Source of the DNA: Caldilineales bacterium | GTDB taxonomy: Bacteria; Chloroflexota; Anaerolineae; JAAEKA01 | Assembly: GCA_025055015.1 (NCBI GenBank) | Contig: JANWYQ010000210.1 | Location: 22,223-86,222, forward strand | Direction of reading: 5' to 3' | DNA length: 64,000 bases | Shown here: positions 60,798 through 64,000 of the stretch, in pieces | Position numbering within the stretch: the stretch's first letter is position 1 | Layout of the letters: every line of letters begins with the position of its first letter | The notes under the pieces: model-generated | What the model was told of the DNA's origin: nothing | The model's input: the letters and a program-made list of their open reading frames with translations, nothing else | The model's database searches: none | Translations under genes and position numbers: made by a program

Positions 60798-61979
60798 ATG
60801 TCCTTCGTTCAAGACCTGCAAAAAGTCCTGCGCGAGAACGTGCGCGAGTACGGCATGTACATCGCCCTGTTTGTGATTATGGCGATCTTTGCCGTGCTGA
60901 CCAACGGCCTGTTCTTATCCTCCCGGAACATCAGCAACTTGATCAACCAGACCGGCTACATCGCTGTGTTGGCCGTGGGCATGACCCTGGTGATCGTCAT
61001 TCGCCACATTGACCTGTCGGTGGGGTTCCTGGCCGGGTTCTTGGGCGCCGTGGCCGCAATCGCTTTGGTGCAGTGGAAGCTCCCCGTGCCTGCCGTGATC
61101 GCGATGGTGCTGGCCATGGGGACCCTCGCCGGTTCCATCACCGCCTTCCTGGTCACCTACTTCGGCATTCCGGCCTTCGTGGCCACGCTGGCGGGCTGGC
61201 TGATCTACCGCGGCTTGCTGCAGCTGGCCACGGCGGCCACCGGCACCATCATCATCCCCAACGAAAGCTTCAATGCTATCGGCAACGGCTACATCCCCGA
61301 CCTGCCCTTCCTGGGCTTCCTCCCCGGCCACGGCCTCACGTTGTTGTTGGGCATTGTGGGGATTGTCCTGCTGGTGTTGAGCCAGATCAAGGGCCGACGG
61401 ACCAAGCTGGCCTACGGCTTCGAGGTGCTGCCGCGCGAGATCTTCGTGCTCAAGCTGATCCTGCTCTCGGCCATCATCGGCGTTGTGTGCTGGGTGCTGG
61501 CCGGGTACAACGGCCTGTCGTGGACCGCGGTGATCGTGCTCCTGGTGGTGGGCATCTACCACTTCGTGACCACGCGGACGGTGCTGGGCCGCCACATCTA
61601 CGCCGTAGGCGGCAACCCAGAGGCGGCCGAGCTGAGCGGCATCAGCGTGCGCAAGATCACCTACGTGGTCTTCGCGTCCATGGGCTTCCTGTCGGCGCTG
61701 TCGGGCATCCTGTTCACCTCGCGATTGCAGTCTGCCACGACCACGGCCGGCACGCTGTTCGAGCTGGACGCCATCGCCGCAGCCTACGTGGGCGGTGTGT
61801 CGGCGGCCGGCGGCGTGGGCAGCGTCATCGGCTCCCTGATCGGCGCGCTGGTGATGAGCTCCCTGAGCAACGGCATGAACCTGATGCAGATTGACATCTC
61901 GTGGCAGTACATCATCCGCGGGTTTGTGCTGGCTGCGGCCGTGATCTTCGACGCCACCACTCGCCGCCGCGGTCGCTGA
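60798..61979 (+). CDS. Sugar ABC transporter permease (XylH/RbsC-like)
   Basis: ~10 TM helices. Conserved permease loop. Follows the ATPase by 11 nt. Confidence 0.85.
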   Translation: MSFVQDLQKVLRENVREYGMYIALFVIMAIFAVLTNGLFLSSRNISNLINQTGYIAVLAVGMTLVIVIRHIDLSVGFLAGFLGAVAAIALVQWKLPVPAVIAMVLAMGTLAGSITAFLVTYFGIPAFVATLAGWLIYRGLLQLATAATGTIIIPNESFNAIGNGYIPDLPFLGFLPGHGLTLLLGIVGIVLLVLSQIKGRRTKLAYGFEVLPREIFVLKLILLSAIIGVVCWVLAGYNGLSWTAVIVLLVVGIYHFVTTRTVLGRHIYAVGGNPEAAELSGISVRKITYVVFASMGFLSALSGILFTSRLQSATTTAGTLFELDAIAAAYVGGVSAAGGVGSVIGSLIGALVMSSLSNGMNLMQIDISWQYIIRGFVLAAAVIFDATTRRRGR

Positions 61980-62006
61980 GCCTCGTTTCGCGCCGGGTGC
62001 ACAGAA

Positions 62007-62055
62007 ACGCCTTCGGGGCCGCTGATAGCCTCGAAGGCGTTTTCGTTTCGCCACA
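62007..62055 (+). terminator. Rho-independent terminator after ABC permease (stem AAACGCCTTCG/CGAAGGCGTTT + TTTTCGTTTCG)
   Basis: 11-bp inverted repeat followed by a T-rich tract. Shared with the convergent aroE gene. Confidence 0.65.
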
Positions 62056-62082
62056 GGCCTGGCCTTGCCTTGCCGAAGGGGG

Positions 62083-62961
62083 CTAGGGGGTTTCCGCCAA
62101 AGCAGCGCGCGCAGCAGCCAGCATCACCGCCAGCGGCGGCTTCACGCCGGTCCACCGCTCGAAGGCAGCTGCGCCCTGCACTACCAGCATCTCCAGCCCG
62201 CCCACGGTGGCGCAGCCGGCGGCCTCCGCCTGCTGGAGAAACCGGGTGCGCTCCGGCCGGTAGACCAGGTCGTAGACCAGCGCGCCTTGGGGAAACGGCA
62301 GGTCGTGTGGCCACGGCGACGCGTCCACGTGGGGCCACATGCCCACGGGGGTGGTGTTGACGATGAGGTCGGGAGGCCGTTGCACGGTGAACGGAGAACA
62401 GTGGACGGTCAGAGCGGGGAAGAGGGACTGCGCGTGGCCGGCCAGCTCGGCGGCGCGCGCCGAGCTGCGGGCCCAGAGAGTCAGGTGAGCCAGCCCCCGT
62501 TGCGCCAGGGCGTAGACCACAGCGCGGGCGGAGCCGCCGGCGCCCAGCAACAGGGCGGACTTCCCGGCAGGATCGAACCCCAGGGCGTCTAGGGGGTGCA
62601 GGAAGCCGATCCAGTCGGTGTTGTCGCCGTAGAGCACGGGAAGGGCAGGGCCTTGCCCCGCTGAGGTCGCCGGCTCCGGTGGCCGCTGGACCACCACCGT
62701 GTTCACCGCGCCGATGGCCTGTGCTGCCTCGCTCAGCGCATCCAGCAGGGGCATGACGGCCTGCTTGTGGGGGATGGTCACGTTCACCCCGCGATAGCCG
62801 GCCGCAGCCAGGCCGGCCACGGTCTCCGCCAGCTGCTCCGGCGGCGTGGGCAGCGACTCATAGCGGCCGTCCAGCCCCAGCGCGCGGAAGGCCGCGTTGT
62901 GCATAGCCGGGCTGACGCTATGGCCGAGGGGGTAGCCCAGGAGGCCGGTGAGGAGGGTCAT
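62083..62961 (-). CDS. aroE: Shikimate dehydrogenase AroE
   Basis: GYPLGHSVSPAMHNAAF, GVNVTIPHK, GAGGSARAV NADP-binding motif. Confidence 0.8.
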   Translation of the reverse strand: MTLLTGLLGYPLGHSVSPAMHNAAFRALGLDGRYESLPTPPEQLAETVAGLAAAGYRGVNVTIPHKQAVMPLLDALSEAAQAIGAVNTVVVQRPPEPATSAGQGPALPVLYGDNTDWIGFLHPLDALGFDPAGKSALLLGAGGSARAVVYALAQRGLAHLTLWARSSARAAELAGHAQSLFPALTVHCSPFTVQRPPDLIVNTTPVGMWPHVDASPWPHDLPFPQGALVYDLVYRPERTRFLQQAEAAGCATVGGLEMLVVQGAAAFERWTGVKPPLAVMLAAARAALAETP

Positions 62962-63084
62962 GGCTGCGCCCCGTTGATAGACGCAAACCGCCTGCCCGCG
63001 CAACTGCACTGCGAAGCGGTTGCCTTCAGCATTACCTCCAGCAGTCCCCTGGTGAGTGCCATGGCGATTTCCTCTCTGTACCGG

Positions 63085-64000
63085 TCACTCCTCCAGCCCC
63101 AGCTCTACGCCGAGCACCTGAAGGCTCTGCTCGAACCCTGGAAAGCTGTCGCTGACGCACTCCGCCTCTTCCACCAGCACCGGGCCCGACGCGACCAGGC
63201 CCGCCACGGCTAGGGCCATGGCTAGGCGGTGGTCGCCGTGGCTCCAGACGGCCGCGCTGCGCAGCTGCACCGGTCCCTCCACGGCGAAGCCGTCGGGGAA
63301 CTCCTCGATCTGCGCGCCCAGTTTGCGCAGCTCCTGGGCCACGGTGGCAATGCGATCGGTCTCCTTCACCCGCAGCTCGGCCGCGTCCCGCACCACAGTG
63401 CGGCCGCGCGCCTGGGTGGCCAACACCGCCACCACGGGCAGCTCGTCAATGGCCCGCACCACCAGGTCGCCGCAGATCTCGGTAGCGTGCAGCTCGGTGT
63501 GCTCCACCACCAGGTCGGCCACCGGCTCGCCCCCCTCCTGGCGCAGGTTCTGCGCTTGTACCTGCGCGCCCATGGCCTGCAGGATGTCCAGGATGCCGGT
63601 GCGGGTGGGGTTGACTCCGACGCCGACGATGGTCACCCGGCTGCGAGGCGCCAGCAGGCCGGCCGCCAGCAGGAACGCAGCCGAGGAGATGTCGCCGGGC
63701 ACGGCCATGTCCAGCGGCGCCAGAGGCCGCCGTGGGCGCTCGCTGGTCACCACGGACCCCAGCACTTGAACGGGCGCGCCCATGGCCGCCAACATGCGCT
63801 CGGTGTGGTCGCGGGCCGGGCCCGGCTCCCGCACCACCACCAGGCCGTTGCTGTACAGCCCGGCCAGCAGCAGCGCAGACTTGACCTGCGCGCTGGCCAC
63901 CGGCAGGGCGTAGTCCAGGTGGTGCAGCGGACTGCCCTGGATGGCCAACGGCGCTAGCTTGCCTCCTTGCCGGCCCCAGATCTGCGCGCCCATCCGGCGC
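63085..64000 (-). CDS. aroA: 3-phosphoshikimate 1-carboxyvinyltransferase (EPSP synthase) AroA, C-terminal part; gene continues beyond window end
   Basis: EPSPS motifs LGNSGTA-like region absent (N-terminal part off-window). C-terminal RVKETDRI and DHRLAMALAVAGL present. Confidence 0.85.
   Translation of the reverse strand, partial: RRMGAQIWGRQGGKLAPLAIQGSPLHHLDYALPVASAQVKSALLLAGLYSNGLVVVREPGPARDHTERMLAAMGAPVQVLGSVVTSERPRRPLAPLDMAVPGDISSAAFLLAAGLLAPRSRVTIVGVGVNPTRTGILDILQAMGAQVQAQNLRQEGGEPVADLVVEHTELHATEICGDLVVRAIDELPVVAVLATQARGRTVVRDAAELRVKETDRIATVAQELRKLGAQIEEFPDGFAVEGPVQLRSAAVWSHGDHRLAMALAVAGLVASGPVLVEEAECVSDSFPGFEQSLQVLGVELGLEE

Overview
This 64 kb window is high-GC (~68%) bacterial chromosome. 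The gene content (YfhO-like and GT-C membrane glycosyltransferases, a multi-META lipoprotein with Pro-rich linkers, cytoplasmic PF01663 AlkP-family enzymes) is most consistent with Chloroflexota, though that assignment is tentative. Coding density is high on both strands.

Recognisable content, in order:
- an OmpR/PhoR-type two-component system;
- kynureninase;
- a cluster of four small polytopic membrane proteins (two DUF308/HdeD-like, one Bax-inhibitor/YccA-like) behind a long leader;
- a very large YfhO-like membrane protein;
- a secreted lipoprotein with three META (HslJ-like) domains plus an SH3b domain;
- guaB, followed by a nearly complete de novo purine operon: purL carrying N-terminal PurS-PurS domains, then purQ, purC, purE, purF, purD, purM, purN;
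- rimO and a rodZ-like gene;
- an ArsA/GET3-type ATPase;
- a minus-strand glycan-biosynthesis locus (GT2, GT4, GT-C, Wzx-like flippase, two cytoplasmic AlkP-family enzymes);
- a xylose-type sugar ABC transporter;
- aroE and a partial aroA.

The purine operon is interrupted by a Phd/YefM-like–VapC toxin-antitoxin module that has its own canonical sigma70 promoter, and by a truncated Rpn/YhgA-like transposase remnant. A second VapBC-like pair lies upstream of an SDR gene.

The most unusual sequence-level signal is a family of heptanucleotide tandem repeats (GGTGAAC/GATCACC/TGGTCAA-like). They recur at gene boundaries and as in-frame expansions inside purL (15 units, 105 bp), purQ and purD. There is also a tandem array of ~41-bp hairpin (REP-like) units between convergent genes.

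The best candidate for an undescribed module is a three-gene unit: a hypothetical protein, a signal-peptide-less M23/LytM-domain protein and a strongly acidic protein. A GT2/GT-C/flippase/AlkP glycan-modification locus is the second candidate.

No tRNA, rRNA or CRISPR array was seen. Many listed ORFs on the opposite strand of real genes are Arg/Pro/Gly-rich shadow frames typical of high-GC DNA and were ignored.
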